Origin: Mobula hypostoma
Taxonomy: Eukaryota
Length of the DNA stretch: 64,000 nt
Direction of reading: 5' to 3'
NCBI RefSeq assembly: GCF_963921235.1
Contig: NC_086097.1
Location: 151,034,001 to 151,098,000, forward strand
This document shows, in pieces, positions 13,327 to 25,584 of this stretch. Below the pieces are notes generated by a model. It saw nothing but the letters and a program-made list of their open reading frames with translations, was not told where the DNA came from and did no database searches. Positions within the stretch are counted from its first letter, which is position 1, and each line of letters opens with the position of its first letter. Made by a program: the position numbers and the translations under genes.

Positions 13327-14889
13327 AGGTGGGTTTGACGTTGCTGTGTGAACAGACTAGACCCATATTCTCTTGAGATTAGAAGTACTGGGGAGATCTA
13401 CCAGCTTCATACAGTTCGATACATAGAGGATGTTTCCCCTGGCTAAGGAATCTAGTATCAACAGTCTAGTGTTTCAGAACAAGGGTAGAGCATTAAGTAC
13501 AAAATCAGGGAGAAATATTTTTGGTAGTAAAACTATGCACTTCTCTACACTGGAGTGTTATGGAGACTCAGATGTCAATATGTTTCTGGATATTAAGGGA
13601 ATCAAGGAATGCAGGGATAAGTACAGAAAATGTTACATTTTGTGGAGAATTCCTCCACTGGCCACATACCTGTAAAAGTAAAGTGGGTGATAATAAGTTA
13701 GGAGTCTGGTTGACTTCTGTTGCTATTGTTATTTTCAGAAACTTCCCTAGAAATAAATATTGGATGACTTATAAAGTGTGTTGCTGACGTAAAATTACTA
13801 TTTCACACTACCACAGGAAGTCAAGATCTAATATGTCAGGTGCAGAAGTGTTAAGTCTGCTGGACGTATTTGAACTTGAGCTACATTAACACCACTGCAT
13901 TTTCTATCAATTTTCCATCTCACTGTAATATTTCAAAATTCCCAAATTCAATCTTAGTTGCCTGTTTTTTCAGAATTTGGCAAAAGAAGTTTGTGAAGGA
14001 ACTCTCCCAGGCATCTAACAATTATATCAAACACCCTGAGCTTAGTAAACATGAACAAAACATGCATGAACCTCAAATGCTGAAAAAATCTCTGTACTGC
14101 AAAGTGCTGCAGGACATTCCTTCAATGTCCTTCTCTTTGAATGATGCTAGTAATTCCCACTGATTAAATTTGCATTAAGAGCATAGGCCCAAGAATCTCT
14201 TTTCACTGATTATTTTATGCTGTCCAATTCTTTAACAACCATTTAATTTCTCAGTGGTAAAGACAAAGCTAAGCATGCTGGAAAACAATACATTGAAAGT
14301 ACATTGCAAGTCTGTAAGATGATTAGAGAGAAAACTGAGTTCCAGTGTATCTATTCAGTTCTAATAAATTACCAGATTCTTTAAGGTGAATGAAAAGAAA
14401 AACTAGCTCTGGATCACCAATGTAAGACTTTGCATTTACATAGACCTTCATCATCTTACAGTCACAAAGGAAAATAACTAAAGACAGATTCTCAAAACCA
14501 CAAAACCTACTCAAAAATATTAGAAATGCAAATCTAGCTTACTGAAGAAAAATATGCTGACATTTGATTTGTCTTCCTAATTTTCATTAAAGCAGGTGAG
14601 ATTATTCTGTTCATATGAATCATGGTTGCACACAAACTAATAGACAGCTCATTTGGAAACCTGATTTCATGCCTGCATAATTAAAAGGAGGGACCCATCT
14701 ATGTCCCTGTTTGGGAACAAGTAGGAGAACAAATCATGTAGAAATTGGATTCTGTTCTTTGCTGAATGGAATCCAAAGTGTAAATACAGAATTTAAAGTC
14801 AAAATCACATTCGGCTCCTTTTAAAGTTAATTTATTGCAGGAATTAATACAAACAAACGCTGATCGTAAAACTTACTGGCTTTTATGCT

Positions 14890-15262
14890 AACAACAGGAA
14901 TTCTGCAGACGCTGGAAATTCAAGCAACACATATCAAAGTTGCTGGTGAACGCAGCAGGCCAGGCAGCATCTCTAGGAAGAGGTACAGTCGACGTTTCAG
15001 GCTGAGACCCTTCGTCAGGACTAACTGAAGGAAGAGTTAGTAAGAGATTTGAAAGTGAAAAGGGGAGGGGGAGATCCAAAATGATTGAAAGTGGGAGGGG
15101 GAGGGGGAGATTGGATCTCCCCCTCCCCCTCCCACTTTCAAATCTCTTACTAGCTCTTCCTTCAGTTAGTCCTGACGAAGGGTCTCAGCCTGAAACGTCG
15201 AATGTACCTCTTCCTAGAGATGCTGCCTGGCCTGCTGCGTTCACCAGCAACTTTGATGTGTT
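14890..15262. mobile_element. Palindromic Penelope-like insertion: 151-bp inverted arms (14929-15079 / 15111-15261) with a 13-bp TSD
   Basis: The arms are reverse complements with few mismatches. TSD tggcttttatgct lies at 14877-14889 and 15263-15275. It is the same young family as 60.5 kb. Confidence 0.92.
14986..15023 (-). ncRNA. Minimal hammerhead ribozyme motif (PLE type)
   Basis: The minus strand reads UAGUC-CUGACGA-AGG-GUCUCAG-CCU-GAAA-CG-UC-GACUG, with stems I and II pairing. The plus-strand copy at 15167-15204 has a stem I mismatch (GAAUG). Confidence 0.7.
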
Positions 15263-15394
15263 TGGCTTTTATGCTGATATTTAATCCACAGATTGAGCAT
15301 TATCTTCATAAAATTATGCACTCAGGAACAATAGCACATTCTCCTGCAGCAGCACACATTACATTATTCCAGTTATCCTTTCGGTGTATGAGAT

Positions 15395-15945
15395 CATCAC
15401 TGACATGTCCAGTATTTACTGCCCATCCTTAGGTGACTGAACTGAGGGGATTGTTAGTCCATTTCAAAAGATATTTATGAGTCAACCACAATGTTGAGTG
15501 TGGTGGGGTCACAGATTGCCAAAAATGAAAGTGCACACCTCTAGAAGTACATATGGGTAAGCAAGCAGTGCTTTCTTTTTCTGATTGTGTTTCCTTGTAA
15601 ATAATGTGTACAATCTTATTTTTTTTTTGCTTTTCTTGTAAATGCTTCTTACATGATGCGGTGTGTCAGTGAAGCTGCTGCAAGTAATTTTTTTTTATTG
15701 CACCTGTGCATACATGTACTTGTGCATATGACAAAAGAACTGAAATTTGACTTTAAGTATAATCCATTCCCTTCGCTGAAGAACATTAGCGAACCAAAAT
15801 ATACTTACAAAAGTCCTGTAGCTTCAAGATTATTACTTATACCAGCTAGTCCTTTCCAGGTTATCGAGTTAATCACATTTAAATTTCTAGGCTGTTGTTA
15901 TGGGATTCAAATTCATCTCTCTGGATCAAGACACTGATCTCTCTT
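15395..15945 (-). mobile_element. Old SINE-like repeat interrupted by a Rex1-tail fragment (~15560-15755)
   Basis: Motifs cagtatttactgcccatcc...gagtcaaccaca and gaacattagcgaacc...gggattcaaattc (reverse B-box-like) resemble a shark SINE recalled from memory. Confidence 0.4.
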
Positions 15946-16629
15946 ATTGGCAATCTTTAGCACTTTATATGATGGAAGAAATGCTGTATATGGTAAATTA
16001 AAGAAGCAAAAGGAAGATGAGAAATTTTGTGAAGCAATGAAGATAAGAACTGAAGAAATGATTTTGAGAAAGATATTGATAAGTGGTAGTAAGCTTAAGA
16101 TGTATCTGGGAAGATGGTTTGAGAGGAATTCTTCCATTAAGAATTGGGGAATTTCAATCAAATTTTGCCAGGTTGCAACATTAAAGTGTAAAATTTAAAA
16201 TTTCATCTGACCCATAAGACCATAAGACCCACTTTACATTAGATCAGAGTATTCCCTGTACTGGAATTTTGGATGAGGTTAATCAGAGGGATTAATTGAA
16301 AGGGAGTCAACAAATACTACACTAGTAAACTGGTAATGATATGGACATGGACAGATTTTATACTTCTATTGTGAAATATTTAACAAGATGTGATTCTGCT
16401 TGTGGGGGAGATGGACAGAAGAGAGTTTTTGTGAGGAAAATGGAATAGGTAGAGTAGTACAGATGTTATGCTGGACAGGTAACTAGCACATGTTGAAGAA
16501 TAATGTATATACACAAGGTTTCTTTTCTGAAATTTTGTAATAGTTTACTTTTTTTTCCAAATCTCATACCTACACATTTAGTTTGTCTTCTCTTGACTTT
16601 ACTGTATATAGCAGTATTCTTGAGGTCTG

Positions 16630-16735
16630 AGATAAGAACAGAAAATGCTGGAAAGGCTCAGCAATTCAGGCAGTGTTAGTGGATAGGGAAACCAATTATC
16701 ACTTCAGGTCAATGCCCTTTGTCAAGATGGGGAAG
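16630..16735 (-). mobile_element. Old Penelope-like terminal remnant
   Basis: aacagaaaatgctggaaaggctcagcaattcaggcag...ttcaggtcaatgccctt resembles the PLE termini elsewhere in the window. Confidence 0.5.
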
Positions 16736-16885
16736 TTTGCACAAAGATGCAGGGAGTGTTGAGGAGGAAAGGACAACATTGAGGGATTATCACTGAATGG
16801 GTAAAGCCAGTGTTGGCATGAGGATAAGTTATAAATTAAATTAGCTGGTTAAAGAGCTACAAAGAGCAGTTAGGAAATTAGAATC

Positions 16886-17878
16886 CAAGTCAAAGTTCAA
16901 AGTTCAAAGGAAATTTATTATCAAAGTACATATATGTCTCCATATACAATCCTGAGGTTTGTTTTCTTGTGGGCATACTCAGTAAATCCAATATCCATAA
17001 TAGATTCAGTGGAAGACCACACCCAACAAAGCAGACAAACAACGTGCAAAAGACAACAAACTGTGCAAATACAAACGGAAAAAATAAATAATAATAATAA
17101 ATATCGCGAACACGAGATGAAGAGTCCTTGAAAGCGAGTCCATAGGTTGCAAAAACATTTCAGTGATGGGCAAATAAAGTTGAATGAAGTTATCCCCTCT
17201 GGTTGAAAATCTTGATGTCTGAGAGGTAATAACTGTTCCAAAACGTGGAAATGTACATCCTGAGTCTCCTGTACCTTCTTCCTGATGGCAGTAGTGAGAA
17301 GAGAACATGATTTGGGTGGTGAGCTTCCCTGATTATGGGTGCAGCTTTCCTGCGACAACGCTCTGTGTGGATGAGCTTAATGGTGGGGAGGGCCTTATCC
17401 ATGATGGATTGGGCCTTATCCACTAATTTTTGTAGGATTTTTCATTCAACAGCAATGGTGATGCAGCCAGTCAATATACTCTCCACCACACATCTATAGA
17501 AGTTTGTCAAAGTTTTAGATGTCATGCTGAACCTTTGCAAGCTTGTAAGGAAATGGAGGCAATGCCATGCTTTTTTTCATAGAAGGAGAAGAGAAGAAAG
17601 CCCTTAACTCTGAGTGGAGTCATTGGGACGCTGTCATGACGGCGTTTTTTAAGCAGGCTTTCTTATTTTTATGAGGCCAAGTTGCTAGCTCGACGGTCAA
17701 CCCAGCATGGATGGAAAGTGTGCAAGGAAGCCGGCTAGATTTGAACCCTGGAGTCTTTGCTCCGAAGTCTGGCACTGATGTCACTACAGCTTTTTTTCAT
17801 AATTGCACTTAAATGCAAGGCCCAGGACCGGTCCTCTGAAATGGTAACACTGAGGAATTTAAAGTCGCTGACCCTCTG
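16886..17878 (-). mobile_element. Rex1/Babar-type LINE 3' fragment, interrupted by a SINE
   Basis: ORF 17190-17423 (AQSIMDKALP...RCRRKA..II...HHP.H.LFSLLPSGRRYR) and a (tttgaac)n tail at 16886-16908. A second Rex1 3' end follows at ~17895-18140. Confidence 0.85.
17582..17788 (-). mobile_element. tRNA-derived SINE with a pyrimidine (CTT-like) tail and 13-bp TSD
   Basis: TSD gctttttttcata at 17569-17581 and 17789-17801. The minus strand has head tgtagtgacatcag...gggttcaaatc and tail ctttcttctcttctccttct. Confidence 0.8.
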
Positions 17879-18285
17879 AATCAGCTAAAACTGTTGAATC
17901 AGGTTTAATATCACTAGCGTATGTCATGAGATCTATTGTTTTCTGGCAGTTGTGCACTGCAATACATAAAAATATAAAAAAATATAAATTGCAATAAGAA
18001 ATATTTATATATACAGTGAGTACATGGGTTCATTGTCCTTTCAGAAATCTGATGGCAGGGGGAAGAAGCTGTTCCTCAAACATTGAATGTGTGTCTTCAG
18101 GCTCCTGTATTCCTTCCTTGTTGGTAGCAATAATTAGACAACGTTGTGAACACTGATGGAGGATAGTAGATGGAATGAAGTCCAAGTGAATCGCTGTTTC
18201 ATGTGAAGTGACTGCTTGGGTCCATGGGTGGTGGGAACAGATGAGATGATAAAGGAATAAGTTTGCACAAGGTAGAGCCATAAGG

Positions 18286-18600
18286 AGGTTCACTGGTCCT
18301 CCAGATTTGGGGGTTCAGCTAACAACCCTGACTGCTAAAACAGAACTGTTACAGAAACAGCAATGAAGAATCTTTCTACCTCTGAGTATGACAGTATTCC
18401 TGAGTCTCCACCTAGAACTTCCCGCCGCTGCCTGTAAGGAGATTATTGTATGTTCTCCTCGTGACCACATAGGTTTCATCATGTAGGTGTTCCAGTTTCC
18501 TCCCACAGTCCAAAAATGTACTGGTTGATAGGTTAATTGGACATTGTAAATTGTCCCGTGATTAAACTCAGATTAAAAATCGGGAGATTACTGGGCAGTG
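18286..18600 (+). mobile_element. RTE-derivative fragment (18286-18415) joined to a V-SINE body (~18420-18600)
   Basis: 18286-18415 matches the reverse complement of part of 21349-21758. It is followed by V-domain gtatgttctcctcgtgaccac...tttcctcccacagtccaaa. Confidence 0.6.
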
Positions 18601-20720
18601 TGTAAGAGCCATAAAATGGGGAAATCAATGTTATGCCAGAGATATCCAACAATGTTGATGCCTTTGTCATCAACATTGACATAAGCATTCCTGGGGTCTG
18701 AATTTTAAGCCTTGCAAAGATTTTGTGGTGTTTCTTCCAAAAATTTAATAATATTTAATGGACAATGCTACTCCTTGAAAGTGCCATGTTTTAAATGAAT
18801 GATGCAGTAACTCAGCCATTTGAAAAAGAATTACTGTGGCTCAGTTAGTTACTGTATTTGTTACATTTTGTCAAAAGAAAGTAAAATATCAGCAATATTT
18901 AACAAAATAACCTACTTGTAAAGTTACAAGGGTTTGTCTCTGTCCAAATGAAATAATGAAGTTATCTAATTGCTCTCACTTAACTCAAACATGACACCTC
19001 AGTATTATTGATGCAAGTTATTTTGTAAATTGAAACTACTAATTAGCATTTGGATCTATTCCCACAATGGTGCTTATCTGTGTCTTGCCCAAGTCTCTGA
19101 CAAATCTGTCTGATAAATCCCTTGCAGAGATAACCAAGAGGGAAGATGAGGAAGATGAGGGTAGGGTGGTGAATGTTGTCTAAGGGGACTTAAGCAAGGA
19201 TTTTGACTGGATCCCTCATGGCATACACACCTAGGAGGTTAGATCACACGGGATCCGGGGAAGATAGCTGACTGGATTCATATTTAGCTTATTGCTAGTG
19301 TGATGGTATTGGGTTTGCTGACGGTGAAGTTCTGAACTCAAACAAAAATCTTCAGCCCTATCTGATATAGATAACTACTGGTCCTCTCATTAAGGGGAGG
19401 TTATACTGTAGCCACCTACTTATCAAAGAATAAATTACTTCCCTGTTTATCCTCCATGGCGAGTTTAGCTGCCAGTACTCACTATCTGAGTAGTAGTCCT
19501 TCCCTCCCTGTCAAGGAGGAGATGATTTCAGAGAGTGAAATAGTTTAAACACATCCATTAATTTTTAGTGGAACACATTTAAATTGAGTTAACATTCTTA
19601 AAACATATTTAAAACTCAGAGAGAATTTCTATCTTATAAAAGATATCTAAATTAAAAATGATTTCTAAAACACAAAGGATTTCCAAAAAACAGGTACAAT
19701 TCCTATAAGACATCCCAATGATTTGCAGACAAATGAATCTTCTGTCACAGAAATTGAAGGCAGAGGAATAGATTCTTGTCAAATTGATTTTTCTTGTTGT
19801 TTCTTGACCATTACTAACAAGCCAGACTGCTCTTTTACATGTACACTGTTCTTTGCTATTTGGTGTCTTCACATGCATGTAATAATTTTTCAGATACTTT
19901 TTCACACAGATCATCCAAAAGCTTCTGGGGACAGATATCACAAACAGCAAAATTTAATGCTGTGAAGCCTGACTCTCCGAGTACACAAATATCCCAACTA
20001 TTGATAGATCAGCTATTTGATGTTCTAAGTGATAGTATCCATCTGGTCTGCAATAGCTGTTTTGCTGCAATTACTGTCTTACACTGTATCTCTTGAGCAA
20101 TATGCTCTGTGCAGTGGGCCAGCAGCCTATGGACGGTTCTATTTGCTGGCAAAGCTTTCCTTTTAACTTCAGAGAGATTATTGCTTGCAATTTACATTAA
20201 GAACTGATGACTGGCTCCCGTTTATGTCAAGAAGCTGAACAAAGAACTTTGGATGAAAGTTTAACTCACTCTAAGCAACTCTTTAATCTCTAGAAGGATC
20301 AGCTGCTGTTAGAAATCTGAGCTTGGTAAAAAGGCCCCCAGCCTTGGACAGTGAAAATCCCTCACACGAGGAAGCTGACAGTACTGGTTGAGAGTTGTTT
20401 CTCGGACTGTGTCCAGTGGTGTGTCAATGCTGAGATTCTTGGTGTTTGTAATTTATATGAAAGATTTGGATGTGAATTTGCAAAGCATGATTAATAAGTT
20501 TGCAATTAATACTAAAATAGGTAGTATTGTGGATTGTATAGAAAACAATGAAAATAACAGGGGGATCAGCTAGAGATATGAGTTGTGGACTAGCAAATGT
20601 CTTTCAATCCAGATTAATGTGAGATATTGCACTTTGGGAGATCAAATCAGGGTGGGACTTGTACAGTGAATGGTAGGGCTCTGGGGAGTGTTATGGAATG
20701 AAGGGACCTAGGAGTGCAAA

Positions 20721-21170
20721 TTCCAAGTTCAAAATAAATTTATTATCAAAATATATATGTGTCACCATACACAACCCTGAGATTCATTTTCTTGCAGGCA
20801 TTCATAGGAATCCAAGAGACACAATAGAATCATTAAGAGTCTGCCCACAACAGGATGGAAAAACAATCAATGTGCATAAGAAAACAAACTGTGCAAATAC
20901 AAAATTAAAAAGAAAAAAATAATAATAATGATAATAAATGAGCAATAAATATGAAGGGCATGAGATGGAGAGTCCTTGAAAGTAAGTCCATAGATTGTTG
21001 GAACATTTCAGTGATGGGTCAAGTGAAGTTGAGTGAAGTTATCCCTTCTGGTTCAAGAACCTGATGGCTGAGGGGTTATATCAGTTCCTGAACCTGGTTG
21101 TGTGGGTGTTGAGGTTCCTGTACATTTTTCCTGATGACAGCAGTGAGAAGAGAGCGTGCCCTGGATGGTA
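20721..21170 (-). mobile_element. Rex1-type LINE 3' end
   Basis: Near-identical in organisation to 16890-17320 (caagttcaaa...tttattatcaaa...gagtccttgaaag...ttcctgatg). Confidence 0.75.
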
Positions 21171-21348
21171 GTGCATAGTTCATTGAAATAAGCTTCACAG
21201 GAAGAATGTGTTTGACATGTTAGTCTTCAACGATCAGGGTATTCAGTATAGGAGTTGGGAAGTTATGATGCAGTTGTACAAGTCATTGGTGAGGCTGCAT
21301 TTGACGTATTGTGTACAGTTTTGGTAACTCTGTTACAGGAAAGGTTCT

Positions 21349-21758
21349 ATACTACTGTTGGTTATGCTGCTGGTATTTAGGAGAGCAATGGAAGTCCTCC
21401 ATCTCTGGCGGTGTTCAGAGTTTCCTTTATCATGTCAGCAGCTTGGTTTTCACTACTGTCAGTCATGCAATTCCTGGGTGCAGGCTCAGGAATATCGTCG
21501 TACTCAGAAGTAGAAGGTTTCTTCAAAACTGTAACAGTTTTCTTTTACCATTCAGGGCTGTTGGCCCTGAGCTGAACCCACAAAAGCTGGAGGACTAGTG
21601 GACCACACTTAGTCTGGCCTCTACCCTTTGATCTGTTGGCGTGACCCTATCAAGAACTAACGCATGAAGCTGTGACTCCAGCCAACATAGCTCTCCAGGT
21701 CATTGAGGCTCACAAGCCTCCAAACCCTATGACAAGGTTGAGGTCCTCTCGGAGGATA
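21349..21758 (-). mobile_element. Bipartite non-autonomous RTE derivative (RTE/Bov-A-like 5'UTR joined to a 3' end)
   Basis: The minus strand starts ...ccttgtcatagggtttggaggcttgtgagcctcaatgacc...gagctatg...ccagactaagtgtggtccact, resembling the RTE/BovB 5'UTR. It has no ORF and a short-repeat tail. Confidence 0.6.
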
Positions 21759-22092
21759 GAAAAGAAATCATTAAACTAAAAAGAGTGCAGAAAAGATTCA
21801 GCAGAATGTTGCCTGGGCTTGGGAGCCAGAGTTATAAGGAGAGGTTGTGTAGCTAGGGCTTTATTCCTTCGAACGTAGGAGACCTAGGGATGAGTTGATA
21901 GAGGTTTTTAAAATCAAGAGTGATATAGACAGGATGAAAGCACATAGTCTTTTCTGATATAATGCATTTTCCCATGTTGGAAGTAGTAAAAGCAAGGGGG
22001 CATGGGTTTGCGATCAGAGGTGAGATATTTAAAAGGCAGAGCAGGGAAACTCCTTCACACAAAAGCTGATGTGTATTTGGAATGAACAGCCA

Positions 22093-23487
22093 GAATTATA
22101 CCAGTGGCTAAGAAGAATAATGTGAGCTGCCTTAATAACTATTGCCAGGTAACTCTCACATCTACAGTGATAAAATGCTTTGAGAGGTTGGCTATGACTC
22201 GACTGAACTCCTGCCTCAGCAAGGGCCTGGACCCATTGCAATTTGCCTATTGCCACATTAAGTCAATGGCAGACACAACCTCAATGGCTCTTCACACGGC
22301 TTTAGACCACCAGGACAACACAAACACCTACATCAGGATGCTGTTCATCAACTATAGCTCAGCATTTAATACCATCATTCCCACAATCCTGATTGAGAAG
22401 TTACAGAACCTGGGCCTCTGTAGTCTCTCGACTTCTTAACTGGAAGACCACAATCTGAGCGGATTGGTGATAACATATCCTCTTCGCTGACGATCAGCAC
22501 TGGTATACCTCAGGGGTGTGGCTTACCCTTGACTGTGTGGCTAGGCATAGCTCAAATACCATCTATAAATTTGCTGATGATACAACCATTGTTAGTAGAA
22601 TCTCAGATGGAGATGAGAGGGGGTCAGGAGCGGGATATGCCAACTAGTGGAGTGGTGTCGCAGCAACAACCTTGTACTCAACATCAGTAAAATGAAAGAG
22701 CTGATTGTGGACTTCGGGAAGGGTAAGACGAAGAACACATACCAATCCTCACAGAGGGATCAGAAGTGGAGAGAGTGAGCAGTTTCAAGTTCCTGGGTGT
22801 CAAGATCTCTGAGGATCTAACCTGGTCCCAACATATCAATGCAGTTATAAAGAAGTCAAGACAGTGGCTATACTTTATTAGGAGTTTGAAAAGATTTGAT
22901 ATGTCAACAAATATGCTTAAAAACTTGTACAGATGTACCGTGGAGAGCATTCTGACAGGCTGCATCACTGTCTGGTATGGAGGGGCTACTGCACAGGACC
23001 GAAAGAAGCTGCAGAGGGTTGTAAATTTAGTCAGTTCCATCTGAGGTACTAGCCTACAAAGTACTCAGGATATCATCAGGGAGCAGTGTCTCTGAAAGGC
23101 AGCGTCCATTATTAATGACCTCCAGCACCCATTTTACCATTTTTCACTGTTACCATCAGGTAAGAGATACAGAAGCCTGAAAGTACACACTCAGCAATTC
23201 AGGAACAGCTTCTTCCCCTCTGCCATCCAATTCCCAAATGGACATTGAACCCGTGAACACTACCTCATTTTTTAAATATACGTTTGTATATTATTTCTGT
23301 TTTTGCATGATTTTTAATTAATTCAGTATACATATACTGTCATTGATTTACTTATTTATTTATTATTATTATTATTATTTTACTTCTTTTCTCTTCTTCT
23401 ATATTATGTATTGCATCGAACTGTTGCTGCTAAGTTAACAAATTCCACGACACATGGCGGTATTAACAAACCCGATTCTGATTCTGA
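22093..23487 (+). mobile_element. Rex1/Babar-type LINE (RT to 3' tail)
   Basis: ORFs 22104-22439 (KCFERL, LDPLQFAY, RMLFINYSSAFNTI) and 22766-23044 (FKFLGVKISEDLTWSQH), KFADDTT, and a (gattct)n tail. Confidence 0.93.
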
Positions 23488-23659
23488 AATAGTGGTTGAG
23501 GCAGGTGCATTAGCAATGTTTAAAAGCCATCCAGATAAGTATATAGATTGTAGAGGTTTAGAGGGCTATAGGCCAAATGTAGGCAGATGGGGCTCGCTTG
23601 CTGTGCAGCACAATCAGCATATATAGATTGAGCCAAAGTGCCTCTGTCCTTCCTGTAGT

Positions 23660-25275
23660 GCGATCAATCAAGCTGAGTAACCTAAGGGGTTGTTTATTGG
23701 TGTGTGGCTGTAGAGGTCGACTCGGGATCTACATAGTCTGGTGCAGAGTGGACACGAGTAAGTGGCGGCTGTGGTTAGTGGTTGAGTTTTCGGTTGTTCA
23801 TTCTCTCCTTTTGCAGCTGCTGCTTGTTCTCAGTGGCAAAGCAGAGGTCACTCACATGTAGTGCAACTCCCTCTCAAACAGATCTCCTACAGGTGTGTCT
23901 GTTAAGAGGAATGCCCTTCCCAGTTTTTGGATGTAATGTTGAATTTCCTAAGGCTGATTTTGATGTTATTTTTGAAGCATTTCCTTTGCTCACCAAGGGC
24001 TTGCTGACTTTCCTTCAACTGGGAGTAAGGGATCTGTTTGGGGGGAGATGCGAGTGAGGCATTCATATGGCATGACCTAACCATCAGAGTTGGTGATGTT
24101 TTATCATGGTGGGGATACTGTTCATGTTGTCCTCCTCCAGGACACTGGTGTTAGTGTGTCTGTCCTTCCAGATGATCATCAAATTCTTTCATGAAGTTCT
24201 TTGGTGGTACTTGTCCCAGGGCTGTCAGGTGTCTGCTGTAGGTGGTCCATGACTCAGCTCTACACAGTAGTATAGGACGGACAACTACTCTATTGACCAA
24301 AAGTTTTGTTTGGACCTGTAAGTCAGTCTTCAAAGCCCTTTTCCTTAAACTTGCATAGACTCCACTGGCACTACTCAGGTGGTAGTTGATCCCTGACGTT
24401 GATTTCATTGTCTACTTTTAAGGAGAAAATGCTGACAAGGTAGAGGAAGTGATCTACATTTTCAAGGCCGATATCATCAAATCTTATGGAGGACTGGATA
24501 AATGGCTGGTTGGACAATGGCTTTTATGGGACCTGTATCTTCTTTACATTAAAAACAAGTCCCTGAATTCCATATGCTTTGGGAAAAGCTTTCAGAATAA
24601 ACTGGTCTTCTTCAAAGTGTGTTGCATTGGCATTGTGTTCTGCACACTGAAGCTCCATGATAGTGATGGTGTTGACCTTGCTCTTGGCCTTGAGCCTGTT
24701 GAGGTTGAAAAGCCTGCTGTCCATTCCATACATGATTGGAATTCCTTGTGGCAGGTCTTGACCAATGAGGTGAAGGATGATAGCAATAAAGATGGCAAAT
24801 AGGGTGGGTACAATGATGAAGCTCTGTTTGACCCCCGTCTTGGCAGTGAAGAGTTCTGACTCAGGCCCACTATCACTGAGTATTGTGGCCGATATCCCAT
24901 CATAGCCTCAGTTTTCATAAGTACTTGTCAGGACATCCAGAGAGCTTGGTGGCCTACTGTCTCAAATGCCTTTGTCAATCTATGAAAGCGAAGTTCAAGG
25001 ATTGCCTTTGTTCATGGCATTTTCCTATAAATGGTATGCTGTGAAGGTCATGCCCATAGTACCTCTGGGTGGGTGGAAACAACACTATGATTCCTCAGAT
25101 AATGGTAGAAATCTACTGACAAGGATATGTGTGAGCACTTTGCCTGTTGTTGACCAGGAGGGAGATCCCTCTGCAATTACCAAACTTGGCGTTGTCTCCC
25201 TACTTGAATATGGTCACTATTAGAGCATCCTTGCCTGAGCTCTGAGAACAGGAGTTCCTTTTCCCAGACATTCAT
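23660..25275 (-). mobile_element. Degenerate RTE-clade (BovB-like) LINE
   Basis: Minus-strand ORFs MDSRLFNLNRLKAKSKV, LLCRAESWTTYSRHL and PKQIPYSQLKES...QRKCFKNNIK are typical of RTE ORF2. Confidence 0.8.
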
Positions 25276-25584
25276 GAGCAAGGCGTGTGGAGCAGACTTG
25301 ATGGGCCAAATGGCCTAATTCTGCTCCTATATCCTATATCTATATCTTGCGTCTCACGGTATGTGGCGCAGTGGTGCTGGCCCACCTTCCTTGAAAATCT
25401 GTGCTGGGATCCCGTCAGGACCAATTGGTTTTCAGGCTCTTGATGGCATCATGGACAATGCTGTAAACATGGGGCCCATGCTGTAAGATTCTGTGACTCT
25501 GCATAGTACCTCTGATTTCCAGAGAACAGTCTGTGTGCGAGAGCACAGTTTCAAGATGACCGCAACAGTTCAACAAGAACAATT

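Larger units (their letters stand above)
20380..23650 (+). mobile_element. Old CR1 LINE split by three nested insertions
   Basis: CR1 pieces at ~20380-20720, 21170-21345, 21760-22092 and 23488-23650 are collinear with CR1 ORF2/3'UTR order. Confidence 0.75.

Noticed and set aside
18802..18857. Small hairpin as a pre-miRNA or MITE
   Set aside because: It has only an 11-bp plus 5-bp imperfect stem with a large loop, no TSD and no second copy.
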